Below are positions 11,578 through 24,549 of a stretch of DNA of 64,000 bases, piece after piece. Positions within the stretch are counted from its first letter, which is position 1, and the number at the start of each line of letters is the position of its first letter. This DNA is from Camelus dromedarius (lineage: Eukaryota), in NCBI RefSeq assembly GCF_036321535.1, contig NC_087463.1:5580001-5644000 (forward strand). The letters run 5' to 3'. Both the position numbers and the translations under genes were made by a program. The notes beneath the pieces are model-generated. The model saw only the letters and a program-made list of their open reading frames with translations. It had not been told where the DNA came from and made no database searches.

Positions 11578-11690
11578 TAAATATGTGCAGTATATTGTGT
11601 ATATGTATTTACATGCAATACATTGTATATATGCAGTCAAATTGTAACAGTTCTACCTAATAAAACTGAAAAATGAAAAAGAAAGAAGAA
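11578..11690 (+). mobile_element. L1 extreme 3' end (L1MB-like) with AATAAA and A-rich tail
   Basis: AAATATGTGCAGT...CTACCTAATAAAACTGAAAAA. Confidence 0.55.
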
Positions 11691-12639
11691 GAGAGCTCAT
11701 AAACCATAACCTGAGTGCTTGGGAATCAAAAAGGTGCCTGGGCAAATATCTCCTGGCCAATGACTATAGGCAATCAATCTAGAGATTCAGAGAGGCCCCC
11801 CCGTGCAGGTGCTCAGGGACGTGCTGTCCCCAGGGGTCTATGGTCTGGAAGCCCCTTACCCGTGAGGACACTTGGAGTCCATCCTAAGGTGAGGTCTCCG
11901 AGTGAGGTGGAGTCCGGGGCTAGGAGCTGACACACTGGTGCCACCAGGCCCCTGACAGTGGCCTGAAGCTACTCACCCAGTGTCTCTGGGCTTTAGCAGA
12001 TCTTTGCATACACAGATTGGAGCTGGCAGCTGCTGCCACCATCGCACGCTGGAAACCACAGCTGTGCGTGCATAGAGCTCTTTTGGCCAATGGGCAGGCC
12101 TTGTACGTCCCACTTGGTTTAAGCTCCTAGGTGGTAGGAACCACATCTGTAATGTCTACGGAGACTAAAGAGATGCTTTCACCGTAATCTTGGAGTGAGC
12201 CACTCAGCTCTGCCAGGCTGCCCCTAGCACCGCTCCTCCATCACTGTGGATAATAGAGATTTGGTTGCGTGGAAGCAAAGCCTGTCATCAAACAGGCATT
12301 GAAACCCTAGTGGGTGTTAAGCTCCAACTGAAATCTCAAACCTCCCTTCCGGCATATAAGCATACTGCACGTGCCTGTTGACAGATCACCTGGTGGAGAG
12401 CTAGGGTGACGTGGGGCTCAGGTCGTGGGTCAGTGGGCATCCCCCGGACACACCCCTTGTTCCCCCCGCAGAGCCAGTTGGCATCGTGCTTTCTCGTAGT
12501 GCTAAAGATTGTATTAATACGTTTTGAATGATTGATTAAATGCACTTAAAATTGCATTTCTTTCTATTCTTTTTGATTACAACTTATGGAATAAACTCTT
12601 CATGAGTGAAATGGGTGAAGAGGGTCAAAAGGTATAACC

Positions 12640-13080
12640 ACATCCAGTGACAGCATACACTATTTGTCTTTCTCTGTCTGACTTACTTCACTTAGCATAA
12701 TGACCTCAAGATCCATCCATGTGGTTGCAAATAGTAAAACTTCTTTTTTTTTTTTAATGGCCAGGTGGTAGTCCAGTGTGTGTGTGTGTGTCTCACATCT
12801 TTTTTATCCGTTCATCCATCAATGGACATTTAGGTTGTTTTCACACCTTGGCTATTGTAAATAATGCTGCAATAAACATGGGGGTACAGATAACTTTTTG
12901 AATTCGTGTTTTCACTTTCTTAGGAAAAATACCGAGAAGCGGATCATATGGCAGTTCTATTTTTAATTTTTTGAGAAACCTTCACTTTTCTTCCTTGGTG
13001 GCTGCACCGATTTGCATTCCCAGCAACAGCGCACAAGGGTTCCCTTTTCTGCACATCTTCACCCACACCTGTTCTATCTA
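12640..13080 (-). mobile_element. L1 ORF2 3' end fragment
   Basis: TATTTGTCTTTCTCTGTCTGACTTACTTCACTTAGCATAATG...GGCTGCACCGATTTGCATTCCCAGCAACAG. Confidence 0.9.
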
Positions 13081-13619
13081 AGTCCCCATATTTTTGAAGG
13101 AAGTTTTTATATTTTATTTGGGACTTTGGACCTGGAGGGACTTGGTTATCCACACTGATGGGTCTGGGGGGTTGTGCTAGGCAGAGTCCAACAGCATTAA
13201 GTGGTTCATTCCAAGGATATGACTAAAGCATCTTTTTCGTCTCCAATATTGTGCCATGATCTCTTGGGGATACAGAAAACTCACCATCAGAGAGTACCCA
13301 GGGTTAGGGACAGAGAACCGGAGAGGGGGACCCGCAGTGACTGAGCAGTTAGGGAAGTATGTTACGGCTCAGGGACCTGAGAGTCTAGAGCAGGGAGAGG
13401 ATCAGAGAACTTGAAAGGTTGAGAGAAGCAGGTAAGGAGAGAGACGCTGAAAGCAAGACTAGTAAACTTGGAAAAGACCACCGAGGAGGAAGCCTGTCTC
13501 TTTTTTCCTTTCCTTTCTGTCTCCATTATTTTTAACTTACCTTTGAAGTGAACCAGCTTAACATGAGACAGTGTCTGGCTCACGTAATCTTCAGAATGTC
13601 CTGATTTCCCTAAACCAGC

Positions 13620-13795
13620 AAATTGAGCAGTTCAACATGCCTCGAAACCACTTGGTGAGTGTGTCAAAAATGTAGATTCCTACAGAATCAGTTTCTGGGG
13701 TTGGCCCCAAATCTCACGTGTACCAAACAGCCAGGTGATTGTGGAAACCCCGCAGACCAGGAGGGGAACTGGACTTGAGCACTGTGTTGACTCTC
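13620..13795. mobile_element. MER5A-like hAT-Charlie MITE
   Basis: Degenerate match (ACCACTTGGTGAG..GAATCAGTTTCTGGGGTTGGCCCC..CCAGGTGATT). Confidence 0.55.
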
Positions 13796-13834
13796 TGAGC
13801 ATTGCGTCTCACCTGGGGGGCAACTTGTCGTGGA

Positions 13835-14050
13835 GGAAAGGTTGCTGGGCTGGGAGTCAGGAGACACGGGTTCTAATCCTGCCTTGAGTATTTGCCCCTG
13901 AGTAATGTCAAAGCAGTCACGTACCTTTTCTGACCCTCCCAGTTTGCACATCTTATTACAGGAGATAACAATGCCCCCAGTTGCGTTACCGTGAATTTCA
14001 AACAGGAGCATGGAGGCTAAAGAACCTCCTGAAATATAAAATGCCATGAG
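13835..14050 (+). mobile_element. MIR
   Basis: GGGAGTCAGGAGACACGGGTTCTAATCCTGCC plus degenerate MIR core. Confidence 0.65.
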
Positions 14051-15344
14051 GAGGCTGGCATCATGCTGCGGGTATGTTGTGCTGTGCAAAGGAAGCATTT
14101 CTTACCACTCATCTTGTTATCCAGAGCAGCTAAGCCCCAGAAGCACAAATACTCGGAGCCCACGAGAAAATGTCTAGCTCGCAGTGATAACTCAAGGAGG
14201 TTGCTCTGGCAGGCTCGCCCTTAACCTGTCAGACCAGGGTGAGTTCTGACCCTGCCATCCTCAGTACAGCAACTTCCCGGCAGCATCCTTCAGTCCCTGC
14301 CTCTCATTCTGCTCCAGCTCGGGGCGGGAACAGCCCTGCATAACTCACTACCCGGAAGGGAAGGGCCACCGAGCACATTTAATTCTGCACTGACAGTTCC
14401 TGGGAAGCAAGCCTGGTTCTACATCGTCCTCTGAAAGAAGCTGATGGTTTTGGTAATAAGACTTTCTTCAGGAAATTCCATTCATGTATTCATTCATTCA
14501 TTCGAGACCACAAATATTTATTGATTTTTTTTTCAGTGTGCTTTTTTTCAGTTGTTTGCTGCATGAGGACTTTTGTTTGCTTGCTCGCCTTCCTTCTTTC
14601 TCAGGCTCTCCTCTGATTTCCCAATTCTTACTGACATGTGGGTCATTGGAAAATTGTATTATTCCATGGGCTACACCCCATTGCTTTTAGCAATGGTTAA
14701 GAGGACATTTGGAGGACATGGAGGTTAGAGGGCATTTTTAAGGGCACCTGATTTAGACAGTCTGGATTGTTTGGGGTTCCCATCACTTGCTAGTTTCCAG
14801 TGCAGATACCATAGCCTTGCACATGTGCAGCCCCCCAAACTGATCTATTTAGGTTTCAAGTCTGGAGCAGTCCAAGAATCTTATCAGGACCCCATGGATG
14901 GCCTGTAGCAGGCTGTGGTCTCCAGTAATGGGGACGTAGGGGTCTCCACTTGCCAAGCTGCCAAGGATTGTGGCTGATCCCCAGTTTGAGGAAGATATTA
15001 GATAAATAAAGGTAGAAAATGCCAAGAAATTCCTTCTAGCCTCCAATGCTATGCTGGTCCTGGAAGACCCAGCCCAGATACCCTGCTGGTGTGGGACAGC
15101 ATCACAAAGACAGGTGACTCAGGGCAGCAGCAGCCAGAGCCCCTCAGTGCCACCATCCTCTGCTTCCCCAAAATCTCTCCTGCCTTTAGAGGCCCAGCTC
15201 AAATGGTGCTTCCTGCCTGGAACCCTCTCCAAAGCATGCTCCCCTCTGTCCTGCTGTAGCAGTTTGCCTGGTCCTCTGCTGAGGGCTTCCTTTGTAAAGT
15301 TGTTCCACTTTTCGTGGACCATCAGGTCTCTGGTCACATCTGAC

Positions 15345-15545
15345 CAGCACTTACCCAACACTAGGGCCTCGTGTGCATTTTATCATTTAATCCTCACATC
15401 CATCATATGAAGGTTTTGGTACCCTCATTTTGCAGATGAGAGGTGCAGAGGAGTTAAGTAACGTGCCCCAAAACACATCATTTGTAAGAGATGGAGTTGG
15501 AATTTAACCTCAGGACTGATGACAAAACCGGAGCTCTTGTGCACA
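15345..15545 (-). mobile_element. MIR
   Basis: TCATTTAATCCTCAC...CATTTTGCAGATGAG..GTTAAGTAACGTGCCC. Confidence 0.75.
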
Positions 15546-16184
15546 TGCCACGTGGGGTCGAATACCTGCCTTTCCCGGCCTTGGAAGGCTTAGCAGTAGC
15601 AAACAGACAGTGCCCGGCATGGAATCGGGTAATTTGTAGGTGCTTAATAAATGATCTACATTACTGCTGCCCTCAGCCCTGCGGCTGTGGGTCTTGATTG
15701 TTTATAGATCTCTCCTCCCTTGAGCCTTGCATACAGAATGTGTTTTATTAACTCAGTGTCCTCAGCACCCCAGTGTCTGGCCGCACAAATGCCTGGTATT
15801 CACGAAGTCTTTGATAAATGTCTGTTGAATGACATTGCATTGCATCAAACTCAACTGAGCCTTGCAGATCCGGCAGGGTTTGAATAGGGTGGGAAGAAGA
15901 GAAGGTGATGGCAGGAAGAAAGATGTGTGCTTGAACCAGTGTCGACAGCCCAGTTGGAACCAAAGCAAGAGGAAAGGTTGGATAAGACCTCACGGAGGCT
16001 CAGAGCAGCCTGGTCACCCATGGTAGGCAAGGCATGCTGACCTCAGTTCCTCATCTAGCTCACGGGAGGGCCAGCAAACATCAGATAGACATGAAGCTTT
16101 GGCCTTTCACCCTTCTTAATTCAGCGCTCATTTGGAGAATGGGTGATGCCTTGGTGGCAAGGACAAAGGACACTGAAAATGGCA

Positions 16185-16345
16185 CAAGATAGGAATCCTA
16201 GCCTCTGCTACTTACTAAACCTCATAACTTGAGCAAGTTACTTAACCTATTTGAGTTCCAGTTCCTTACATGTAAAACAAAGGTAATGTTCACTTCAAAG
16301 TGCTATGGTCAGGACCAAATGGGAGAAATCACTCAAGTGCCTAAC
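16185..16345 (+). mobile_element. MIR
   Basis: CTTTGAGCAAGTTACTTAACCT..CAGTTCCTTACATGTAAAA core. Confidence 0.7.
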
Positions 16346-17078
16346 CCAGAAGTGGGTGCCCGTGGACCCCTACATCCTCCCAGGGTTCTAGGCTGAGCAC
16401 AGTGACCCCATCACCACTACCACCTGGAGGATCCTGAGCTGAGAGAGCCAGTGAATGCCTTGTGCAAATAGGTGACTCCTGTTGAGAAGCAAAGACGCTG
16501 GGCTCAGCTTCTATCCACTTATCATGCCCAGTTTCCCAGAAGTTTCCAGAGCCACAGCCCCTGCCCCGAGCTCTTGCTGTCTGGCTCGGAGCCGTGTGAG
16601 GCATCAAAGAAGCAGTTTCTGGCACAAAAGCTGCCACTCAGGAGGTGTATCTGAGCAAACCATCTGATTTATTCATCTGAATTTCAGAATTTTATATTTT
16701 TCAAACTGCCAGCGATGAACCCAGCCTTAGCATCCAAACAGGATGTTTTCAATGACCCGATTAGAAGATGTGTGTAAAACATGTTTTTAAAAAATAAAAT
16801 ACTAGGACTCTGTGCAGTGCAGTTAATGTCACTTCTCCTCCTTCTGAAATGAAAAGCTCCCCGACGTTTTGCCTTGCCCCAGCCCCAGCCAAGTCTGGAA
16901 ATGAGAAACCTCCACCTTTTTTTCTGACCCTAGTGATTGGGGTTAAAAAAGCTTTCTTCAGAATGCAGCGAGATTTCTGGTAGGACTAATTCAGGAAGCT
17001 TACAGCATCCCACCCATCTTCAGATCACGTCTGGTCACCAAAGGTGGAATAATTTAGAAATTCTAAGGCAGATGACTC

Positions 17079-17170
17079 TGTGTGTGTGTGTGGGTGTGGG
17101 TGTGTGTGTGTGGGTGTGAGATGGGGTCGGCTTGTGGGGGTGTGGGGGGAAAAGAGAGAGAGAGAGAGAG
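17079..17170. repeat. Compound (GT)n / (GA)n microsatellite
   Basis: Imperfect GT run at 17079-17118 and GA run at 17151-17170. Confidence 0.9.
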
Positions 17171-18989
17171 CTCCCTTATTATCAGGTGAAAAGCCGTGGA
17201 GTACCCTTCCTTCTGTCCCTGCTCATCCTTTAAACTCTCCATCCCATCTACTCAGGGGTTCTTTAAATATGGCTTCTGTGGGGAATGAAGCAAACAGAAT
17301 AACTTACAGTTAATCACAGAAATGAGCAAATGAAGCTGAATTGACTTTGTGGGATTGGACCTGGCCTCTTGTCTCCCCATTTCCCTCTCGCAGGAAAGGT
17401 CAGGTGGACTGGGCTGGCAGTGGATGACTGAGGACAGCTACACTGGTCCAGGGCACCCTGCATGTCTTGAGGAATGTCCTGTCTCCTATCGTTTCCAAGC
17501 GCTGTAGGGATGCACAGCTTAGATACTCCTTGGCTCCATTTCCCTCTATTACCGGTTATTAACTCCTTTGACTTGCACTGAACATGTGCCAAAGCCCTTG
17601 GCCCAGACACAGAAATAGCTTTTATTAAACATTAGTGATAAAGAATATGCTTATAGCGCCCATGATAATTTCAAAATGCTCACAAATTTGACCTATTTGC
17701 TGTGCATTCCAATTAGCGTTTTATAAATATGCTCAAGAATTGTTTTCACATTTTAGATGAGACTCCTAAGACCAGGAATATGTTTTCTGGTAGCATTCTA
17801 GATGACCTCTGGCCCATGAACCCACCCAACGCAACAGCAACTCCAAACTTCCAGTACTACAAATTTAAATTGATGGCAACTGTGCCATTTTGGAGGCAGT
17901 TGGTGGCAGCCATTTTGTTTCTAAATGTTTCAAGGTGCATCTTGGTGTTCTTTAATATTGCAACAAGTCTCATCAAAATTAATAATTAAAGGATATTTAT
18001 AAGCAAAAAGGAAAATTAAAAATGCCTAGTGGGCAATAAAAGCATCCTTTACTTGGTTAAATGAAGAAAGAAGGCTCAATTCTTCTTCATGAGAGACAGC
18101 TTCAGAGAAAATGAACTAATGTTGCAGCTGTGTTTGGGTTGTGAAGGGAGGGTCTTTAGTGTAGTATTTCTTAGCCTGCACAACGATTCTCTTCCCAACA
18201 GTGACCCCTCATGGTTTATAGTCACTGGGATTCCCTGTCCAGCTGAAGGAAATTCAAAATCCTCTTTGCTGGTATAGTCCAGGAGAACTATGTGTAACAT
18301 GGCTGGGAGTAATTGTCAGGACACTTTGACACTGAAGCAATATATTAATTCCTAATTCTGGTTCCTAAATGGGAGGTGGGCTCTTCTAACCAAATAGGTC
18401 AATGTCCACCAGTCAATAGACCCAGACTAACTGTGTTTGGCACTGTGGGGACACAGAAGAAAGAATAGCACAATATCTGAGCCAAATAGCTTGTAGTTTA
18501 CTTAGAAAGATAAAGAAAGTAACCAGAAAATCCACTAAATGGAAAGCAGAAGGGCCAAACTCGTGCTTCAGATAAGAAGCGATATTGGAGTGAACTTGAA
18601 AGGTCAGCAAAGAGTTACATGGGGTGAAATATTAGGGAACTGAGCCATAATGAAGAGGAGGGTAGAATACGATTTAGCTGCAACAGAAATTTCATGCAAA
18701 AGAGGAAGGGGACAGACATTGTGGGCAGGTAGAATGTAGCAAGATTGCAAAGGCTTTTTTGACCAGGCTAAGGGAGGTGGATTTTAACTTTTTCAAACGT
18801 TTATGATCATCTGGAGCAGAGACTTTGTAGGCAAAGAGAGAGCTGCTACAAAATTCACCCTGACCTCATACAGAACGCAAACAGAGGAAAGGTAATTAAA
18901 GGAGGAAGAATTGAATGGGAAGAAGATGCTTCAAAATCAGAATAATAAGTGATGGATGGATAACAATGCAAAGTTATAAACATAAAAAG

Positions 18990-19115
18990 GCAGAGCTGCA
19001 AGGATCTCGGGGATAACCTACCAAAGCCTTCATTTTATTCATCAGGGAACTAAGCTCCAGAACGGGGCATGTCTTGCCCAAGGTCACACAGCTGGTGAAT
19101 GACAGAGCTGACATC
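18990..19115 (-). mobile_element. MIR
   Basis: CTTGCCCAAGGTCACACAGCTGGTGAATGACAGAGCTG. Confidence 0.6.
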
Positions 19116-19206
19116 TCTTCCTAAGAATCCTCCAAGGAGAGAAAGCTTGGCTCTCTGTCCTGGGGGGCAGATTGATGGAGGGTTTGTTGAGCAAAAGGAT
19201 ACTGAT

Positions 19207-19220
19207 CCCCTAGATGGCAC
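19207..19220 (+). promoter_or_regulatory. Candidate CTCF site
   Basis: CCCCTAGATGGCAC matches the CTCF core CCWSYAGRKGGCRS with one mismatch; best match I saw in the window. Confidence 0.4.
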
Positions 19221-19964
19221 CTCTCAGCTAATGAGACAGTGCTGGAAAATCCAAGACTCAAGACTCAAGGAGTAAGGTCACCTTTATGATCCCATTTTTC
19301 ATCTCAGAAATCTTAAGAGCACACCCTCTTAGACTTCTCGTTTGTTGTAGATGATGTTAATGATGTGGGAAACAGCTTAAGAGAAAAATAAGACTAGCAT
19401 CTCCCTAAAACAGCAGTTGTAATAGAATTACATAAATTCCCCAATTCATACCTTAACTTACTCAACTTCTTCACAAGAAAGACAACCTTTAGGGAAAAAA
19501 TATAAACCTAAGTCTTTTCTACAGTCCCATGATATGGAAGGGACACGGCCTTTGGAGTCTAAAGCCACCAGTGGGGTTTTCTCAGCACATCAGTCCTGGG
19601 TGGGACTCCCTCTCTGACGCTCTGTGGTAGACAGCTGTCTTGTGTCTGAGGGTTTAAAATAGAAGCAGGTCTGAAATGGACAGAAGTCTCTGTGGGCTTC
19701 AACTTCTCCAAATAGGCCTGAAACCTGGCCAGGGTCCCAAGTTGTGCCCAACCTTCAGAGCCAGGCATCAAGGTGGTTCATATGTTCTGTTGCAGGCAGT
19801 CGTCATTGGCTCAGCATCGTTCTCTGAGATGGAAGACCCTGCCTGCCTAATTGGTAGATGTTCCATAAAGATTGTTGCTCAACAAACCATTGGAAAACAT
19901 GATATTGTACATAAGTGAATTTCCTGGAAATTTAAAAAACACACACCTTCAAAATGTTCCTTCT

Positions 19965-20075
19965 TTTCATTCATTCATCAAGTGTCTATTGAGCACCTGC
20001 TGTGTGCTAGACATTGTGCTAGGTGCTAGGACACAGAGACACAAACTGAAGCTCCTGAGCTCAAATGAATATCAT
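19965..20075 (-). mobile_element. L2 3' end
   Basis: TTCATTCATTCATCAAGTGTCTATTGAGCACCTGCTGTGTGCTAGACATTGTGCTAGG. Confidence 0.8.
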
Positions 20076-21399
20076 CAAGAATGATCTTTTATTTTTTAAT
20101 AAATTTTGTTAGCAATCTTCCTGACAAAGATTACTTCCTTCCTACTTTCTTAAAAGCAAATGCTGAAATCGAATGCAGCTTCTTCTCCATAACCCATTAT
20201 TAAAGAGTGAAAAATCACATAGGTTACCAAGTTACATGAGTCTACCTGCCCTAATATAAAAATGTCCCTCGATTTCTGTGTGTTCCTGTTGGATCTAGCC
20301 AGTTTTTTTTCTTTTTCATCCCACATTATCAGCTTTATTTTTTCCTAATGCCAGTGCTTCTCATAATCCACTTTCAGTTCTGATTCTCCATATCTAATCT
20401 TCTATAGAATTGGCAACTATCTGTTGACTAAACATGTTGGAATCATGTGTCAAACAAGAGTCAATAAATACTGCATTGACAGCCTAAGGGGAGAGAATGG
20501 TACATGGTCTTTACTTATTGCAAAAATTCTGTGGGAAGTTATTTCAGCTGTTTGCAATGTTTTTGTACTTGCACATGGGGTCCAAGATCTGAGTTGCTAC
20601 TAGTTCGGCCTTTGAATAAATGGGGTACTGAAACATCATTTGGGCATTTTTCCTGGTGAGACAAAGCATTCAGGTTAACTGCATAGAAGAGCCCAAAGCA
20701 CTCTGCTACATAGAAGTTTTGGCAAAACTGGAACTGTTTCAAGTTTAGATGTGTCCTTTGAGAACTGGTGGCTCCAATCATAGTACCTGATGGATTTCTT
20801 AGTCTATGTGAATTGATACGTTTTTCCACTGTGTCACTCCTGGTGGGGGAGGGGTCATTAGAAATCACCTTCCTTTTATTCCAAGTCCAGAGGCCAAGGT
20901 CAGAGATTGGTTTCAGAAAAGGTCAAATGATGCCAAGTGTCACACTGGAGCAGTGAGTTAATCTCAGCCAGAGGTTAGCATTTGAGTCCCACTTTTCCTG
21001 ATGACTAAAAGTTGACTCAGCAGTTTCATAAGCCAGACTTAAGATCCCAAATTAGGAAAGAGGTATAAAAGGAAGAAACACCCTTGTTCAGGATCTTGAG
21101 CTGTCCTGGGCTTTGGGCTTCACACCAGGGGAAGAGAGAGGGGGCGAAACTGTGATGTTCAGAGAGGCACTTAGAGTCTGAGGAAGCAAAGCTGCAGCTT
21201 TGGAGCTGGGAGAGACCTTAAGGGTTATTTTGCACACATCTTCTCTACAAATTCTACTCTCTGCTCCTCATCACTGCAGATCATCTCCTTATGAGACCTC
21301 ACTGAGGTTGGAAGGGAATTTTACAGAAGAGTGGCAAGTCTTAGAAATAGGGAGCTAGCAGCAGCAAAAACACCAAGTAGTTCAAGCACCTAAATGTAT

Positions 21400-21510
21400 A
21401 GGTGGGGAAAAAAAGTCCAGAGAGGTGCGTCCACTTACTCAGGATGGCAAAGCTGACTAGCAGCTGGACCAGAATTCAACTTCAAGCCCAGTAGCTTTCC
21501 CACCATACCA
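21400..21510 (-). mobile_element. MIR fragment
   Basis: CCAGAGAGG..ACTTACTCAGG..GCTTTCCCACCATACCAC. Confidence 0.5.
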
Positions 21511-21512
21511 CG

Positions 21513-21881
21513 CATCTTAATCGGTTTGGGCTCCTGTAACAGTACACTGTGCACTGGGTGGCTTAAACAGCAAACATTCACTTCTCACAGTTCTGGAGGC
21601 CGGAAGTTCAACATCAGGGCACCAGCATGGTCAGGTTCTCGGTCAAGGCTTTCTTCCTGGTTCACAGGTGGTTATCTTCTCACTGTGTCCACACGTGGCG
21701 GAGAGGAAGGTCATCTGTCTTGCATCTCTTTTTACAAGGACACTAATCTCATTCAAGGGGGCTCCACCCTCATGACCTAATTACGTCCCAAGGGCCCCAC
21801 CTCTTAATACTATTACTTTGGGGATTAGGAGTTCAGCATATAAATTGGGAGGGGTGGGGTACCAACATTCAGTCTGTACTA
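21513..21881 (-). mobile_element. MaLR solo LTR, MLT1A-like
   Basis: GGGTGGCTTAAACAGCAAACATTCACTTCTCACAGTTCTGGAGG...CCACCCTCATGACCTAATTAC...AACATTCAGTC. Confidence 0.9.
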
Positions 21882-21954
21882 TCATGTAATACAGCTTTAT
21901 GAATTTCTTCATTTTATTTCAACAATTGCCTAAGATGTAGGTCTTAGAAATGTA

Positions 21955-22050
21955 ATCTTTTTATTATTATTTTATTATTATTATAAAGTTAGTATTATTT
22001 ACTAATAATATATAATAATTAAGATGTTCATTAATATTATTATTAAAACA
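21955..22050. repeat. AT-rich low complexity, (TTA)n-like
   Basis: Repeated TTATTA units. Confidence 0.7.
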
Positions 22051-22929
22051 GTAGCATGTCGAATCTCAGAGGAACTTTAGAGTTCATCTGGTCTGGCTCT
22101 CATGTTTTACAGATGCTTGTTCAGGATCGAGCAAAGGATTTCATGGAGCATGTCCTGAGCAAAGGATGGAAAATGGAGCAGGAATATATAAAATCATAGA
22201 TTTAGGAAACTCAGAGATCATTAGTCCTGCACTGCCTTAGGTGATGGGTGACCCTGGGTTTAGGCAGGGGAACTGACTGGCTCATGGTCAGTTAATGGCA
22301 GAGCTAGCTCCAAAATCCTGGCGCCATTATCCTTAGCCCTATGTGCTGTTCACAGCACCACAGGGCATCTTTGCAGCCGTTGATGGGGAGAAAAAAATAC
22401 ATCTTTCAAATATCAGCATATTGTAAAATCACAGTTCACTGGAATTCTCAGGAAATGAGGCATTCTGGTTAAATGAATTAGCTGGTTAATGAGACCCGAG
22501 GTCTGTTCCATGTCTGTGATTCTTGCCTACTTTCCCATCTGCTATGATATCTGATCCTTCACAAAGAGGCAACCAGAAAACTCTTCCTGTTCCTGCTCTG
22601 GTTTTTGGAAATCTTTCCAAAATGTCAGATTCTCATTTTCTTTTTATGCTCAGTCGAGTCTAGTGAACATCACTGGGCCTTTGTCTGCTGATGAGGGAGC
22701 TTGCTAGGACCATGCAGCATTTGCTGGTAATGACGGGGCTGGGACGGGTTATTTTGCACACTTCCATTACCTCTGACAGCTTCTCCAGCTTGAGCTGGAT
22801 GTGACAAATAGACAAAGATTTTGTTGAAAAGGTAATTTGTTTCTACCTTTTTCTACTCTGGAGTTTACGTGATGGGCATAAAAGTTAAGGAATTGTGGTT
22901 CATTGAGTTCCCACAGCACATGACTCAGC

Positions 22930-23090
22930 TCCTAAGTGACATCCTCACTGAGTCCCCCTCACCACCGTGGGAGGTCGGACTCTCCAGCCTCATTTTTCAG
23001 ATAAGGAATCTGTGGCTTAGAGAGGTTGAAGAACTTGCCCCAAATTGTACAGATAAAGAGAGATGGGGCTGAGGTTTGAACCTAGCTTTG
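22930..23090 (-). mobile_element. MIR
   Basis: CATTTTTCAGATAAGGAATCTGTGGCTTAGAGAGGTTGAAGAACTTGCCC. Confidence 0.7.
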
Positions 23091-23733
23091 AGTAGGTGAT
23101 TAGCAAGGGACTGGGGGTATAGTTCCAAGTGCTTGACTATGAGCAAAAGCCCCAGAGATAACAGCCCTCTGAAGAGGCAAAATGAGAACATTCTTTATCT
23201 TTTTGGGTCACTTTTTCTGCCTGGGCCTCAATTTCGTCATTCATAAAATAGGAGAGGGGAGAAGTGAATCAGGCCCCCTCTTACTGAATAGTCCTTACCC
23301 ACCAGCTTGAGTGCCTTTTCTTTACTGTATCTGGATTTGGAACTATAGGCAATGAAAGAGACACATCTGTTTCTTGTTCAAATCATTTAATCAGAGAGAC
23401 AACATGGAAGGAGTAAGCAAGTCAAAAACAAATGTATAAGATGCACTGTCTCCATTTTCTCAAGCCAAGAAAATGCACATTAATTGTGAGTTAAAAATAA
23501 AAAGCCATACATTCCAGAGTTTACTTTCAAATACAAGGATGCAAAGAGTATTTAGTTCCTTCTTCTTAAGCTATCCAAGAGGGCTTCTTGGAGGAGGTGA
23601 GATTCTTTGTATTATGTGTGGCAGGGAAAACACTCTGCAGAGAATCGAGGGTGGTGTGTTCTAGTATCTGTGAACACTGAGAGAGGTCTCAGAGGCAAGA
23701 GTGGGATGGTCTTGGAGAAGAAGGCGTGCAGTG

Positions 23734-24180
23734 TGTGTGAGTTTCTCAGGGCTGCTGTAACAAAACAACAGATATTTATTCTTTCAGAGTCAGTTTTGGA
23801 TGCGCTAAATGTCTGAGGTCAAGGTGTTGACAGGGTTGCTTCATTCTGAGGGCTCTGGTGGAGAATCCATTCCTTGCCTCTCTCCTGGCTCCTGGCAGTC
23901 GCTAACAATCCTCGGCATTCCTTGATCTGTAGATGCATCACTTCAATGTCCACCTCTGTCTTCACATAACATTTCTCCCCACATGTCTGTCTCCTTTTCA
24001 AGAGGACAGTTCGTCATATTGGGTCAGGGGCCCACCCTTCTCTAGTATGGCCTCATTTTAACTTAATTCCATCTGTCACAATCCTATTTTGAAATAAGGT
24101 CACATTCTAAGGTACTGGTGCGGGGGGCAAGGTTTGAGACTTCAACATATATTTTCAGAGGACATAATTCAACCCATGAA
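23734..24180 (-). mobile_element. MaLR solo LTR, MLT1C/D-like
   Basis: GGGCTGCTGTAACAAA...GAGAATCCATTCCTTGCCTCTCTCC...AAATAAGGTCACATTC...ATAATTCAACCCAT. Confidence 0.9.
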
Positions 24181-24549
24181 AAAGTGGGAAAAGCAGAAGG
24201 GCTGGATGGGAATAGCAGCAAAAGACCAGGGAAGTGAAAATATCTCATAATTAGGTTTGCTGGATTATGAGGGCAATGAGACAGGGATTCCTCGATGACC
24301 AAGGACAGATCAATTAAGAACATCCCCTCAGCCCTGGTCTCAGCAGGGCCTGTCATTGGATGCTGTGGGTGGGACATCCTCTCATGCCTTCAAAGACCCT
24401 GCAGTCCAGACTTTACAAGGAAAGGAGCTGCATGTGCTAAACAACAATTCAGATCACAGCGCGAGTCCTTCCTCCCTCCCTTCACTGTCTCCATCCAGCC
24501 TCCTGCCATCTCGCCATCTCTGCTTCCCTCCTTCCTTCCACCCTTCTTT

